The notes under the pieces: generated by a model
Databases searched by the model: none
Seen by the model: the letters and a program-made list of their open reading frames with translations, nothing else
What the model was told of the DNA's origin: nothing
Virus record (IMG/VR): IMGVR_UViG_3300045988_184160
Coordinates: 32,001 to 96,000 of that record
Source of the DNA: a virus
Length of the DNA stretch: 64,000 bases
Strand: one strand, 5' to 3'
Position numbers and translations under genes: made by a program
Shown: one piece after another, positions 28,128 through 37,758 of the stretch
Layout of the letters: each line of letters starts with the position of its first letter
How positions within the stretch are numbered: position 1 is the stretch's first letter

Positions 28128-29966
28128 GTGAGCACAATTTTGGAAGAAGAATACCCAGATTATGAGGATGAGTACGTATATGATGACTACCCAGATGATT
28201 ATGATGAAGAAGAAGAAGAGGAATACGACAGCGCCAATGAAGAAGCGCCAGGCGCAACAGCCTTCATCCAACAGCAAAACCATGTAGCATCAGCAGACAA
28301 AAAATACTCTTCACCCAAACCAGAAGAACACGACTTCCCGCCCCTAAAAGGCACAGACATCGTTTCCCGAATCCTCGACAAAACCGAGACAGGGAAAGCG
28401 CTCGTCATCTTCGACCCCGACATTGATGGTGCCATAGCTGGGCTATTCTTCTGCTGGGAACTACATAAACGCGGCATCACGTTCAAAACCTACGTTAACC
28501 CTGGGCGTGAACACGGGTTCCTACTCGGGGAGAAAGAAGCTAAAACACTCGCAGGCGGCACAGTGTTCGCGGGGGATTTCACGGTAACACGTGAACAGGT
28601 GAAAATGCTCACCAGCAACAATGTTTCCATCGTGTGTATCGACCACCACGAGTTTGAGGCTGGGGCTAAGGACACTGCGTTCATTCACTACACTGACGGG
28701 GAACCAGTCGTGGGTGGCACCCCACCAGAGGGGTGCACTGCTGAGGGTGTGGTAGTGAACACCCAGTATGAGTGGGAGCCGGAAGGTAACCGGTTCCAGT
28801 CCGGGGCGGGCGCGGTGTGGGAGGTACTAAGGAGGATCAGCCCAACCATGTATGACACATCCGACGCTAAAGCACTCGTCGGGTGGACTCTGCTCTCAGA
28901 TATCCGTGACATATCCGCACCTGCAGCGAAGATTTTCCTGTGGGAGCTTTTCAACCAGCCATACGATGGGTGGCTCAAAAAGTATGCGGATATCCTTCCC
29001 CGTAACCCTTTCGAGCCTTTCGGGGTGCCCCGCGCTTCTAGGCAGTGGGTGGACTATAGCCTGTCACCTAAAATAAACTCCCTGTTCAGGTTCGGGTTGG
29101 AACGTGAAGCTGTCGCATTCACACTAGGGGGCTTGTACCCTTATGCTGATGCGCAAAAAGACCAGCGTAAACTAGTTGACCTTCTGCAGGAGATCGCGCA
29201 TGTGAAAGATTACGGTGCGTTGACTGTGGTGGCTATCCCCAGGTTCCACCCTAAGATTCCGTCTGATGTGAGGAAACACATCTCAAACTTTGTGGGGCTT
29301 GTAGCATCAAACCACACGGAGAAAGGTAAAGGGTGCCTCGGTTTCGTGTATGACGGGTTCGGTAACGAGTTGGAGGACGGCACCCCTTACCACCAGTTAG
29401 ATGGGGTGGGGCGCGCATCGTTCCGTTCAAACATCACAGGCTACCCGTACCGCGAGAATTTCAGAGGACAGGGGGTTGATGCTAGGGGGCATAGTATGGC
29501 TTTCGGTATCAAAAACCTGAAACCATCTAATGATTTGTTTGAGAACCTGAACAGTATTTGCGTGGAAGCTAAAACCAAGTACCCAAATATTCTGAAAGTA
29601 AAAGTTCTCAAAACCCTAGACTGGGATACCCTACGTGACATAGCCGAACACAACGACTACTCCCCCACAAAAGACCAGATCCTAGTGAAATACAACCCGT
29701 GGGCAAACACTGAGGAGGAAGTGCTAATACCCGCAGATGATGCATCCAAGTTCCATGCGGAACACAACATTCTGCACCGCTACGATGATGGTGAATCATC
29801 CTCCAAGATGCCGTGGGTAACTGAGGATCAGTCCGAGAAATTCATTAAATACCGTGTGGAAGGGATTCAGATTCTTTCCTACGGTGAGAAGTATTCACCA
29901 GTGGACAGGTTCTTACAGGTCTTCACTGTAAAAAACACTCTCGGGGTAACCTGCAAGGACTTTTAG
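28128..29966 (+). CDS. DHH/DHHA1-family phosphoesterase (RecJ/NrnA-like) with a hyper-acidic Tyr-rich N-terminal extension
   Basis: 612 aa, GTG start. Motifs FDPDIDGAIAG, FAGDFT, CIDHHE (DHH at nt 28641-28649), and later GHSMAFG (DHHA1-like). N-terminus EEEYPDYEDEYVYDDYPDDYDEEEEEEYD. Confidence 0.75.
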   Translation: MSTILEEEYPDYEDEYVYDDYPDDYDEEEEEEYDSANEEAPGATAFIQQQNHVASADKKYSSPKPEEHDFPPLKGTDIVSRILDKTETGKALVIFDPDIDGAIAGLFFCWELHKRGITFKTYVNPGREHGFLLGEKEAKTLAGGTVFAGDFTVTREQVKMLTSNNVSIVCIDHHEFEAGAKDTAFIHYTDGEPVVGGTPPEGCTAEGVVVNTQYEWEPEGNRFQSGAGAVWEVLRRISPTMYDTSDAKALVGWTLLSDIRDISAPAAKIFLWELFNQPYDGWLKKYADILPRNPFEPFGVPRASRQWVDYSLSPKINSLFRFGLEREAVAFTLGGLYPYADAQKDQRKLVDLLQEIAHVKDYGALTVVAIPRFHPKIPSDVRKHISNFVGLVASNHTEKGKGCLGFVYDGFGNELEDGTPYHQLDGVGRASFRSNITGYPYRENFRGQGVDARGHSMAFGIKNLKPSNDLFENLNSICVEAKTKYPNILKVKVLKTLDWDTLRDIAEHNDYSPTKDQILVKYNPWANTEEEVLIPADDASKFHAEHNILHRYDDGESSSKMPWVTEDQSEKFIKYRVEGIQILSYGEKYSPVDRFLQVFTVKNTLGVTCKDF

Positions 29967-30075
29967 GTACCGGAGCACCATAAAACCAGTCCAGATTAGG
30001 GTTTCGTTACCAAAAATATGGTATCCTTTGAATACTAGTGAACCTTCGTAAAGAAAACAGGAAAAGCAGGTAAAA

Positions 30076-31512
30076 TTGTCTAACTTTATTAACCGAGGAC
30101 CGTTTAAAGGTATCCGTGGTACCGCCCGCGCAGACGGCACTTTCCTCCTAGAAGAAGTCGGTGTTTCTATCGACATCGGCAACTCTGAAACTAAGGCTGT
30201 TGTTGTTCTTCAGACGATTGATGGGCCTATAAAGCCTATTTATATCCCCATTACGCTGCCCAATACTTTCATTCGTGAATCCACTATCCCACTCGGTGAT
30301 GAGGTCTTCCCGGATGAAAATAATGAAGAGGTGCGTTCGTGGCGTTTCTATCCTTGTGGTGTCTACACTGCAAAGAACGGACAAGAAATAGATCTATCCC
30401 AAGAAAATAATCAATACGGCAAGCAGGCGTACTGGGATGCTGGGCTTAACGTCGAGATCAACGAATCATCGGGCAACGGGACAGCTCTCCCTGCAGGGAG
30501 TTTCACCCCGAAGGTAAACACTATGACCACCGTACTAACCCTTAACCTTGTTTTCGGTGAAGTGTACCGCCGTATTAGCAAAAAATTCGGGGTCTCTATT
30601 GAGAATTTTGATATTGTCTTCGCTAAAGTGGGCGCAATGTTGCCTCCCAAGGAGTTTAGGGATGAGGAGACTCCCAACAGTGGGCAGATGCTCCTCAAGA
30701 AGATGATCCTGTCAGTCAAAAACATTGAGTTTGCGTACCCACAGATCAGTAAACCAATTATTCTTAAAGACGGTATCAATAGTTTAGATATCAAGCGAGA
30801 AGGATACCCAGGTTTCTACTATACCCTGTTTGAAAGAATGGGTAAGGGGGTTTCTAAGCAGCGCAAGTTCTACTTTGAAGAGGACAAAAAGACTGGACAG
30901 AGAAGCAGTATCCTCCTCAGGCGTTTGTGTGTAATCATCGACGTTGGAAGTGGAACCTCTGATATCCTCATTTTCAAGGACGGTAAAATCACAGGTAGTC
31001 GCGGTACCGTTCCTTATGGTGCTAAAAATGTTGCTCTACATGTGCAGGGTAAGCTTGGGCTTGATGCGGTCTCCGAAGAGGACGTTAAAAACGGTTACGT
31101 GACTATGGGCAACGACCATAATATTGATATTAGTGCCGCAATTAATGATGGACGCCGAGTTGTTGCTGGGAAGATCATGTCTAAACTCTCGGATATTATC
31201 ACAAGCTCCGGTTTCAGTCTTGATAATGTTGCCTCTGTCCTAGTGATTGGTGGAGGGGCGATGACTTTTGAATCTTCCCGAGCTTATGAGGAGTCCACCC
31301 CTCACAGTGGTGAAGTGAAGGTGAAGATTCTCCCCATTAGCAAGTTCTTCAAGACAGAGTTCTCCCAAGTCGCGCAATATGCTAAGGTTCTAGACCTTCC
31401 TCTAGAGTCCTACCAGGATTCCGGGGTTCGTCCAACCGACCCGCGTATGATGAATGTTTGTGGCATGGCTTTCATCCTGCATCATCGCATCACCACTGAG
31501 AGCACAGAGTAA
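30076..31512 (+). CDS. actin-like ATPase of the ParM/Alp family
   Basis: 478 aa, TTG start. Phosphate-1 SIDIGNSETKAVVV (nt ~30169). Phosphate-2 VIIDVGSGTSDILIF. Adenosine motif VLVIGGGA. Confidence 0.75.
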   Translation: MSNFINRGPFKGIRGTARADGTFLLEEVGVSIDIGNSETKAVVVLQTIDGPIKPIYIPITLPNTFIRESTIPLGDEVFPDENNEEVRSWRFYPCGVYTAKNGQEIDLSQENNQYGKQAYWDAGLNVEINESSGNGTALPAGSFTPKVNTMTTVLTLNLVFGEVYRRISKKFGVSIENFDIVFAKVGAMLPPKEFRDEETPNSGQMLLKKMILSVKNIEFAYPQISKPIILKDGINSLDIKREGYPGFYYTLFERMGKGVSKQRKFYFEEDKKTGQRSSILLRRLCVIIDVGSGTSDILIFKDGKITGSRGTVPYGAKNVALHVQGKLGLDAVSEEDVKNGYVTMGNDHNIDISAAINDGRRVVAGKIMSKLSDIITSSGFSLDNVASVLVIGGGAMTFESSRAYEESTPHSGEVKVKILPISKFFKTEFSQVAQYAKVLDLPLESYQDSGVRPTDPRMMNVCGMAFILHHRITTESTE

Positions 31513-31531
31513 TAATAGTGGGAACATGATC

Positions 31532-31572
31532 GGGGTGCACTATATCCAGCATATAGGGCACCCCTATCTTTC
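31532..31572 (+). terminator. rho-independent terminator
   Basis: 14-nt arms GGGGTGCACTATAT (31532-31545) / ATATAGGGCACCCC (31551-31564) with 1 mismatch, 5-nt loop, then TATCTTTCC. Confidence 0.6.
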
Positions 31573-31621
31573 CGTAGGGAGAACCTGCACACATTTTGGG
31601 TATTGAACATAGTAGGGGAAC

Positions 31622-33352
31622 GTGAATAACAGTCATTACATTGGGTGGGTTTCAAAAGGTTTTTACGAGAGCTACCGGAACCATTATGAAGCTATCAAAA
31701 CTTTCTTACTTAATGAGGCTAGTATTGAACTGAACATCATTGACGACAGCGTTTTAAGCTCAGTGGCGCGCACTACTATACTCAGCCTTGACTCTGACAC
31801 GGTTCTAGTGGTTTTCACCGATGCAGAAAAAGCAGATGGGCGGCAGATTTACGGCAACTCCCTATACAAAAGCCAAATCTTTTACTCCGTCCCCTCCAAC
31901 GAGAGTGACGGCATACCAGCCCTAGTAAAAATTATTCACGGGCTTGTGAACAGCGCTCGCGTGAATGTGGAAGATATAGAGAATCTTTTTGAGGTTCATA
32001 CTCTAAAATCCGTTAAGGCCCACGAACAGGAAATCGCGGAGGAACTGGAAAGATACCAGCGGGCGCTCGAAGCCTACCAAGGAATTGAACCTAAAGGGTT
32101 CCGTGCAGGTTCAGCAGATAGCAGCCCCAACGGTGGTGCTAGTGGCGATAGTTTCAAAGCTTTCAATGAGCAGCAGGCCCAGATTAACGAGCTTCAAGAA
32201 AAAAATGAGGAACTTCTCAAACAATTAGATGCCCGAAATATTGAGCTTCAAGACGCACAAAACCAATTAACTAGCGCTAAACATGTGATCAACCGTGGCG
32301 CACGCCTAATCGAAGAGTACCAGACAATCAAAAAGCAGAACGAACAGTACGGGGATGCTGCGAGTGAGGTTGCTCTCATGCTAGATAATGCGAACCAAAA
32401 AGCCGAAACGCTAAGTTCAGTGAATAAGACCCTAACGGAACAGCTCACTAAAGCCGAAGAAGAGCGTGACCGCCTGTCTAGGACGCTAGAAGAATACAGA
32501 AGCGCAGCTTACCTACCTGTTGGTGACCTTGGGGCTCCCCTCCCTAGGGTAGTCTCAAAGAACTTGGGGAAGATCCCTTTCCCCAATATTACGTTCTTCG
32601 GTGTGGGAGACAGCAGCTCAATAGAGATGGGGTACAAGGTTTTACAGACCGATGTTTTGGGGTATGCAGAAGCCACTAAAACATATGAGCTGGACGCTCC
32701 GCTTCTTATTGATCTTAGCAGGGTGTCAAACGCCGCGTACCGGTTCAATTGCCGCCCTTCGAAAGGTTCCGCTAGTTGGCTCACAAGTCATGGTGCGGCA
32801 CCGTTACGTGAGGTGGATGACCTAGCGATTCCTCAGGGAAGGGTTGAAAGCGGGTTGTCTGTTTATGTCCCCGCAACAGAGAACGGGGGTATGCTGCAAG
32901 AGTTTGAGATGTTCAACATTGACTGGTTGCAGAAATTCACGTTCCTGAACCACCAAGTGGAGAACGGCACATATGGGCGTGTGGTTGTTTTCCTGGGGGA
33001 TTTAACGAGTCCTTTCGGGGCTTCGATGCTACGTGACCTGATTGACATGGGTAACTACCCGCGTATCTATATTTCGGGGAGCCAGATCTCTTTGAACAGC
33101 ATGGAGAAGCTGACAAGGAAAATTGTTGCTGATAGCAGCATAGATCCCGTCAATAGCTGGCCTAGCTATTTCACGGAAAAAGATATTCTTAATAACTATG
33201 ACGCATTCGGCACTGGTATCGCGCAGCTTGATATCGAGCAGGTTGTTGCTGACACATATATGGGCAGGAAAGTTAAAAGCATATTCCCTGCCCGCAAATA
33301 CCTGAACCGTTACTATGCGATAAATTATATCGAAGCACCAACCATCCACTAG
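31622..33352 (+). CDS. hypothetical 576-aa protein with a central coiled coil
   Basis: GTG start after a GTAGGGGAA RBS. Central heptad region (QINELQEKNEELLKQLDARNIELQDAQNQL...LTKAEEERDRLSRTLEE). Confidence 0.55.
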   Translation: MNNSHYIGWVSKGFYESYRNHYEAIKTFLLNEASIELNIIDDSVLSSVARTTILSLDSDTVLVVFTDAEKADGRQIYGNSLYKSQIFYSVPSNESDGIPALVKIIHGLVNSARVNVEDIENLFEVHTLKSVKAHEQEIAEELERYQRALEAYQGIEPKGFRAGSADSSPNGGASGDSFKAFNEQQAQINELQEKNEELLKQLDARNIELQDAQNQLTSAKHVINRGARLIEEYQTIKKQNEQYGDAASEVALMLDNANQKAETLSSVNKTLTEQLTKAEEERDRLSRTLEEYRSAAYLPVGDLGAPLPRVVSKNLGKIPFPNITFFGVGDSSSIEMGYKVLQTDVLGYAEATKTYELDAPLLIDLSRVSNAAYRFNCRPSKGSASWLTSHGAAPLREVDDLAIPQGRVESGLSVYVPATENGGMLQEFEMFNIDWLQKFTFLNHQVENGTYGRVVVFLGDLTSPFGASMLRDLIDMGNYPRIYISGSQISLNSMEKLTRKIVADSSIDPVNSWPSYFTEKDILNNYDAFGTGIAQLDIEQVVADTYMGRKVKSIFPARKYLNRYYAINYIEAPTIH

Positions 33353-33371
33353 ATAAGGAGGAAAACCGATC

Positions 33372-33875
33372 ATGTCACCAGAACCAAGCAAGAAACAAAC
33401 AAAACATAAAGCAGCGACCGTCCGCATCCCAGAGGATCTTCACGACCTTTTCCAATCGCTCACAGACGCGAGGGTGTTCAACAAGGTTGTTGTGGGGCTA
33501 CTACACATGTATGAGCAGCACCCAGAGGTGCAAGAGTACCTAGTGAACACGTCTGCTAAAGATGAGGAAGCAGCGCAGAGAAGTCTTAAACGTCTCATGC
33601 GGGTTATTAACGCCCCCATGCTTGCAGAGAACGGTCGTGACGCCCCTGATACTGCTGCAACTAACGCTGGTGGTGTTGCGGGTAGTGATGTGATGAATGT
33701 ACTTGCAGATTTACAGGCGCAAATAGCGACCTTGAAACAGGATACTAGCACCTCACCTGCCCTCGGTGCGCCTACCTCAATACCTGCGCCTGAGGCTCGG
33801 CATGATGAATATGCAACGTCCCAGGAAGAAGAGGGTAGTCTGACTGACGATCAAGTAGATGATCTGTTGGGATAA
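33372..33875 (+). CDS. ribbon-helix-helix (CopG/ParR-like) DNA-binding protein candidate with an acidic C-terminal tail
   Basis: 167 aa, strong TAAGGAGG RBS. N-terminal pattern KHKAATVRIPEDLHDLFQSL fits an RHH beta-strand followed by helix. C-terminus EEEGSLTDDQVDDLLG. Confidence 0.5.
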   Translation: MSPEPSKKQTKHKAATVRIPEDLHDLFQSLTDARVFNKVVVGLLHMYEQHPEVQEYLVNTSAKDEEAAQRSLKRLMRVINAPMLAENGRDAPDTAATNAGGVAGSDVMNVLADLQAQIATLKQDTSTSPALGAPTSIPAPEARHDEYATSQEEEGSLTDDQVDDLLG

Positions 33876-33927
33876 TTAGAATAGTAGTATTTAGAGGAAA
33901 ATATTGTGAGGATAGGTGAACTGGTAA

Positions 33928-35745
33928 ATGGCTAGGCAACGAGGCGGAAATAATAATGTGCAGCGGAGAGCACCGCAACCAGTAACACAGCAGAGGAACG
34001 CGGGTCCTGTTGGTGCCCCATCGCCTGCAGGTGCGGGTTCGGTGCGTCACCCCCAGCAGCCCCCAATGAGGCAGGCACAGCAGCAGGCTAACACGTCGAA
34101 TAATCAACCACCACAGCCCATGCCGCAACCAGTCCAGCAGGGGCACCCTTCACCCTACCCTCAGGCACCCCAGAACGAGGAAACAACCCCGCCCGCGCCA
34201 CAAAAAACTAGTGAAGAAACCCCCACGAGTGAAGGCACCCTAGATGATGAAATAACCAGTGTCTACGACCACCTAGACCAAGAAGCTGAAGAGAATATCG
34301 AAGACGACGACTACGAGCTCACCGAAAAACCTAAAAGGTCACTCAGCCGGCGTCTCTTCATCGGTGGTAGTGTACTCGGGGGACTCGCTGCAACTGGTGC
34401 AGCAGTGTGGCATTTCTGGGCGCAAGACTATGTTGCCCCAGTAACTAATGACATCCCGGACGAGTACTCGGCGTCCGCTGCGTTGCTCAGGTTCCAGGAC
34501 GCACTGAACAGTAACAGCACCGAGAAAATCTTCAGCAACGGGTACTTCGTGTGGGAGAACAAGTACGCGCAACGTTCATCCTACCAGCAGAAACTACTCG
34601 AAACACTACTGTCAAAGGTGAAATACACTATCCCCGAGGTTGATGAGGTAACCACAAAAGGGCGGCTCACAGGGCGTAAAATCAGGGCTGACCTAACACA
34701 CCCCGAAGACACTGTTGAGCTTGAGGTTCCCGCGTTAGAGCAGTACGTGTTTGATGAACTGGAAATCAAGAACGCCTACTCTGATGTGGCCACTAAAATC
34801 ACCGAAAAAACCGGTGATAAGACCAGCATCCCAGCGTTGAAAGCAGCTGACTCATATTATTCTTCCATTGACGTTTTCTGTTACCTTCTCACGAAGAAAC
34901 TAGAGAAAAACTACCTGAAAGAAACGCATCGGGAATGGTCCCCTAAATTCGTTGAGGTTGAGAACAAGAAATCCCCGACGGGTTCATCATGGAAAGTGTC
35001 GCCTGAGGAGGAGCAGAGGATCAACGACCTGCTGTTTGGGAAGGCATTCCTGAAAGCGATCATGAACTTCTCCTCAGCGCATATGAAAGCCCCCATCCCC
35101 CAAGAGTGGAGCGGGTTCTTCAACTCTGAGGAAGGTGTAGAGCCTCTAACACTACCGCCTGGGTTCACGTCCGTGTACTGGGCTGGTGCGCACAGGCTCT
35201 TGGAGGTGCTACCGGATTCCTACAAGAATCGTAAAGAGACCGTTCTACCTATCCTCCCGCCCTCCGGTAAGGGCACCAAAGAAGAACCTTACGGCGTGAA
35301 CACTAGGTTCGCGTCAACATTCTTCGCTGGTGACAAGAAAATCCCTATGGCTGCTGAGATCATTGACATCAAAACCGGTGAGGATGCCGCAAAATATTTC
35401 GTGTCTGTGGATGACCGGAACAAGGGCATGTACCACTACTCGAAGCGTGAGTACGTGTACATGCGGCTGCGGGTCACGAACATTGGTGGGGAGAAAGCGA
35501 CCATCAAGGACGATTTCACGCTCATTGAGAAGGGCGGCACGATCAGGAACGCCCCCGGTACCGTGTACGGACTTAAGCCGTTTATTGACCTTGAGCCTTC
35601 CGCCTCAGGGTTCATTGACGTGTGGAGCGGTTCTGATTCTTTGCAGGATGATTTCTTCGCTTGGGGTAAGTCAAACCCAAGTAAAGACGGTTATTTGTAC
35701 TTAACGAAGTCCCGCCCAACGGTAAACTTAGGTAATAACGAATAA
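33928..35745 (+). CDS. single-pass membrane protein with a Q/P-rich cytoplasmic N-terminus and a large ectodomain
   Basis: 605 aa. About 130 aa of Q/P-rich low complexity, then SRRLFIGGSVLGGLAATGAAVWHFW (Tat-like/TM segment). Confidence 0.55.
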   Translation: MARQRGGNNNVQRRAPQPVTQQRNAGPVGAPSPAGAGSVRHPQQPPMRQAQQQANTSNNQPPQPMPQPVQQGHPSPYPQAPQNEETTPPAPQKTSEETPTSEGTLDDEITSVYDHLDQEAEENIEDDDYELTEKPKRSLSRRLFIGGSVLGGLAATGAAVWHFWAQDYVAPVTNDIPDEYSASAALLRFQDALNSNSTEKIFSNGYFVWENKYAQRSSYQQKLLETLLSKVKYTIPEVDEVTTKGRLTGRKIRADLTHPEDTVELEVPALEQYVFDELEIKNAYSDVATKITEKTGDKTSIPALKAADSYYSSIDVFCYLLTKKLEKNYLKETHREWSPKFVEVENKKSPTGSSWKVSPEEEQRINDLLFGKAFLKAIMNFSSAHMKAPIPQEWSGFFNSEEGVEPLTLPPGFTSVYWAGAHRLLEVLPDSYKNRKETVLPILPPSGKGTKEEPYGVNTRFASTFFAGDKKIPMAAEIIDIKTGEDAAKYFVSVDDRNKGMYHYSKREYVYMRLRVTNIGGEKATIKDDFTLIEKGGTIRNAPGTVYGLKPFIDLEPSASGFIDVWSGSDSLQDDFFAWGKSNPSKDGYLYLTKSRPTVNLGNNE

Positions 35746-35757
35746 ATAGAAAACCTT

Positions 35758-35784
35758 GGTGAATTAATATTCACCTGTTTTCTT
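35758..35784 (+). terminator. rho-independent terminator
   Basis: GGTGAAT (35758-35764), loop TAAT, ATTCACC (35769-35775), then TGTTTTCTT. Confidence 0.55.
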
Positions 35785-35821
35785 GGTGGGCGATTAGTTT
35801 TAGGAGACACAAATTAGTATT

Positions 35822-36700
35822 TTGAATGATTTATCAACACCAGTTGTTCTGTCTGGGCTAGAGTCAGCTGTTCTGCAGTCAGCTAATGTTTTGTCCGTTA
35901 TTAGAACGGAAACTGTGTCTAAGGATGAGGCTGCTTCTATCCTAGCTTCATGGAGTGAACTGAACCGTTGCGCCGAGCAGGCTGGGATACAGGGTTGTTT
36001 CAGGCATGTTTCTAAGGCCCTAGTGAATAAGGGCACTAGGGAAGTTTTCTTTGAGTGCACCGACGCCGCAGGTGACGGTTTCGATATTACAAGTGTCCTC
36101 CCTGACGGCATGCCCCTGTTTGAGTACGCGGCACCTGAGCAGCTGGGGGTTACGCTACCTCCGCCTCCCACCCGTAAACCTGAGCCACCTAACACTGTGT
36201 TTAACGGAAACATGGGTTCCTCTGAAACGGGTGGCTCGGACGTGTATGTTGATGACTGGGGCAGCGACGATAGTGAGCGCACAGAAATAATCCCAGAAGA
36301 CTATGATCCTGATGCGGGTGCGGTCACCATCACCCTCCCCCAGTACGGTCCCACTGTTCAACCGCAACATATTTTCCCTGGGCAGACCCTCACCGTGCGA
36401 CGTGGAAGCGGGGCAACCCTTGACGGGTCAACTATCCTGATCAACCCACTCTTCAAGGACGGTAAAGAAATCTCCCGCCGGCTATCCAGGTCCCATGCGG
36501 AGCTCATCATGGACGAAAGCGGCACCCTTTACATCAAGCCACTCAAAACAGCTAACGGCACCGCGCTTGAACAAAAAACAGGTGACTACACTACCCGCCA
36601 GGAGCTAGACCCCCACACCCTCCACAAGATTGACCTGCCAGCAGTTGTTATGCTGGGGAAAGCTATCAAAATGGAAATAACACAAGGTGAGGGCAGATAG
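35822..36700 (+). CDS. FHA-domain protein
   Basis: 292 aa, TTG start. C-terminal FHA signature TLTVRRGSG...SRSHAELIMDESGTLYIKPLKTANGTAL (G-R, S-x-x-H and N-G elements in order). Confidence 0.7.
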   Translation: MNDLSTPVVLSGLESAVLQSANVLSVIRTETVSKDEAASILASWSELNRCAEQAGIQGCFRHVSKALVNKGTREVFFECTDAAGDGFDITSVLPDGMPLFEYAAPEQLGVTLPPPPTRKPEPPNTVFNGNMGSSETGGSDVYVDDWGSDDSERTEIIPEDYDPDAGAVTITLPQYGPTVQPQHIFPGQTLTVRRGSGATLDGSTILINPLFKDGKEISRRLSRSHAELIMDESGTLYIKPLKTANGTALEQKTGDYTTRQELDPHTLHKIDLPAVVMLGKAIKMEITQGEGR

Positions 36701-37755
36701 TGGATCAGGAAAAAAGGAACCTCAAATATGAGACTGGGAGCGTCACCCATAAGAACAGCAAAACAGGGAAACTCACCAACGAAGACTCTTTTTGGGTTGC
36801 CCAAATCAGTGTCCCAAGTGAAAACCCCAGTGAGCGTGTAACTGGCGCTATTCTCTGCGTCTGCGACGGTGTTGGCGGCATAAAAGCAGGTGACTACGCC
36901 TCCCAAGCCGCTATCCGGTTTATCCGTGGGTGGTTCAGCAACGGGCAAAGCAGAAAAATTGATGAGCAGGCGCTCGCAGAGCTGATAAATAAAACACACC
37001 TGCACGTGCAGGAAGCAACAGGGAAGCAGGGGGCAGCGACATGCTCCCTGCTTACGCTCATCGGTGGTGAATGGATATCAGCCCATGTTGGAGACACTAG
37101 GATATACCGTAACTCCCAGAAAATCACTAACGACCACACTGTTCTAGCTGAGCGGGACGTTAAACTTGTCCCAATCCTAGGGGATGCTACGGATCCACAG
37201 AAGCTCTGGGTATCCCACCAGAAGACGGAAACATTCGGTGGGGAGCATTCCGAAATGCCTGCCACTAGCCTAGTGAAGGCGAGTGATAAAGCGCTTTGCC
37301 GTGACGCGCACCTCTGGTTACGGAATGGGCAGCAGCCACCCACCATACCCAGCATCATGCACGTTTATTCTGCTGACACGAAATTCCGTGACGACCAGAA
37401 AGTCATGGTTATGGTGAACAATGTGCTGTCCCTCCGCCCATTCAACAACTACAGGGCTGCCCTCAGGAAGCAGGCTTCAACACTCACTGTCGCTTTAGGG
37501 TCACCGCAGATAGAGAAAATTGAGCCAGAGATCCATAAAGGAACCTACCGTGACGGCGATTTCTTCCTCATCGGATCCGACGGTTTCTGGCATCACCTCG
37601 AAAAAATAAGTGGGTGGGACGATCTTCTGCAGAACACCCCAGATATTAAGAAAACATTAACTGAAATGGCTCACTATTTCCGTGAGCTCAAAGAGAAAGA
37701 CGACATGACAGCCGCACTAGTCCGCTGCCGAAAGAACACTGAGGGGGCGGCATAA
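36700..37755 (+). CDS. PP2C-family Ser/Thr protein phosphatase
   Basis: 351 aa. GTG overlaps the upstream stop (TAGTG). Motifs ILCVCDGVGGIKAGDYASQ, AHVGDTRIY, FFLIGSDGFW, KDDMTAALV. Confidence 0.8.
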   Translation: MDQEKRNLKYETGSVTHKNSKTGKLTNEDSFWVAQISVPSENPSERVTGAILCVCDGVGGIKAGDYASQAAIRFIRGWFSNGQSRKIDEQALAELINKTHLHVQEATGKQGAATCSLLTLIGGEWISAHVGDTRIYRNSQKITNDHTVLAERDVKLVPILGDATDPQKLWVSHQKTETFGGEHSEMPATSLVKASDKALCRDAHLWLRNGQQPPTIPSIMHVYSADTKFRDDQKVMVMVNNVLSLRPFNNYRAALRKQASTLTVALGSPQIEKIEPEIHKGTYRDGDFFLIGSDGFWHHLEKISGWDDLLQNTPDIKKTLTEMAHYFRELKEKDDMTAALVRCRKNTEGAA

Positions 37756-37758
37756 GAT

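Noticed and set aside
16972-30044. Shared 12-mer TACTAGTGAACC in two intergenic leaders (16972-16983 and 30033-30044), a related TTAGTGAACC at 3459-3468, and GGTTCAC inverted partners at 3341 and 16944
   Set aside because: A repeated 12-mer is expected by chance many times in 64 kb. Restricted to about 4 kb of intergenic DNA, the expectation is still roughly 0.5. One copy is simply an arm of a terminator hairpin. This is not enough to call a promoter or operator motif, though it is worth a motif scan on the full replicon.
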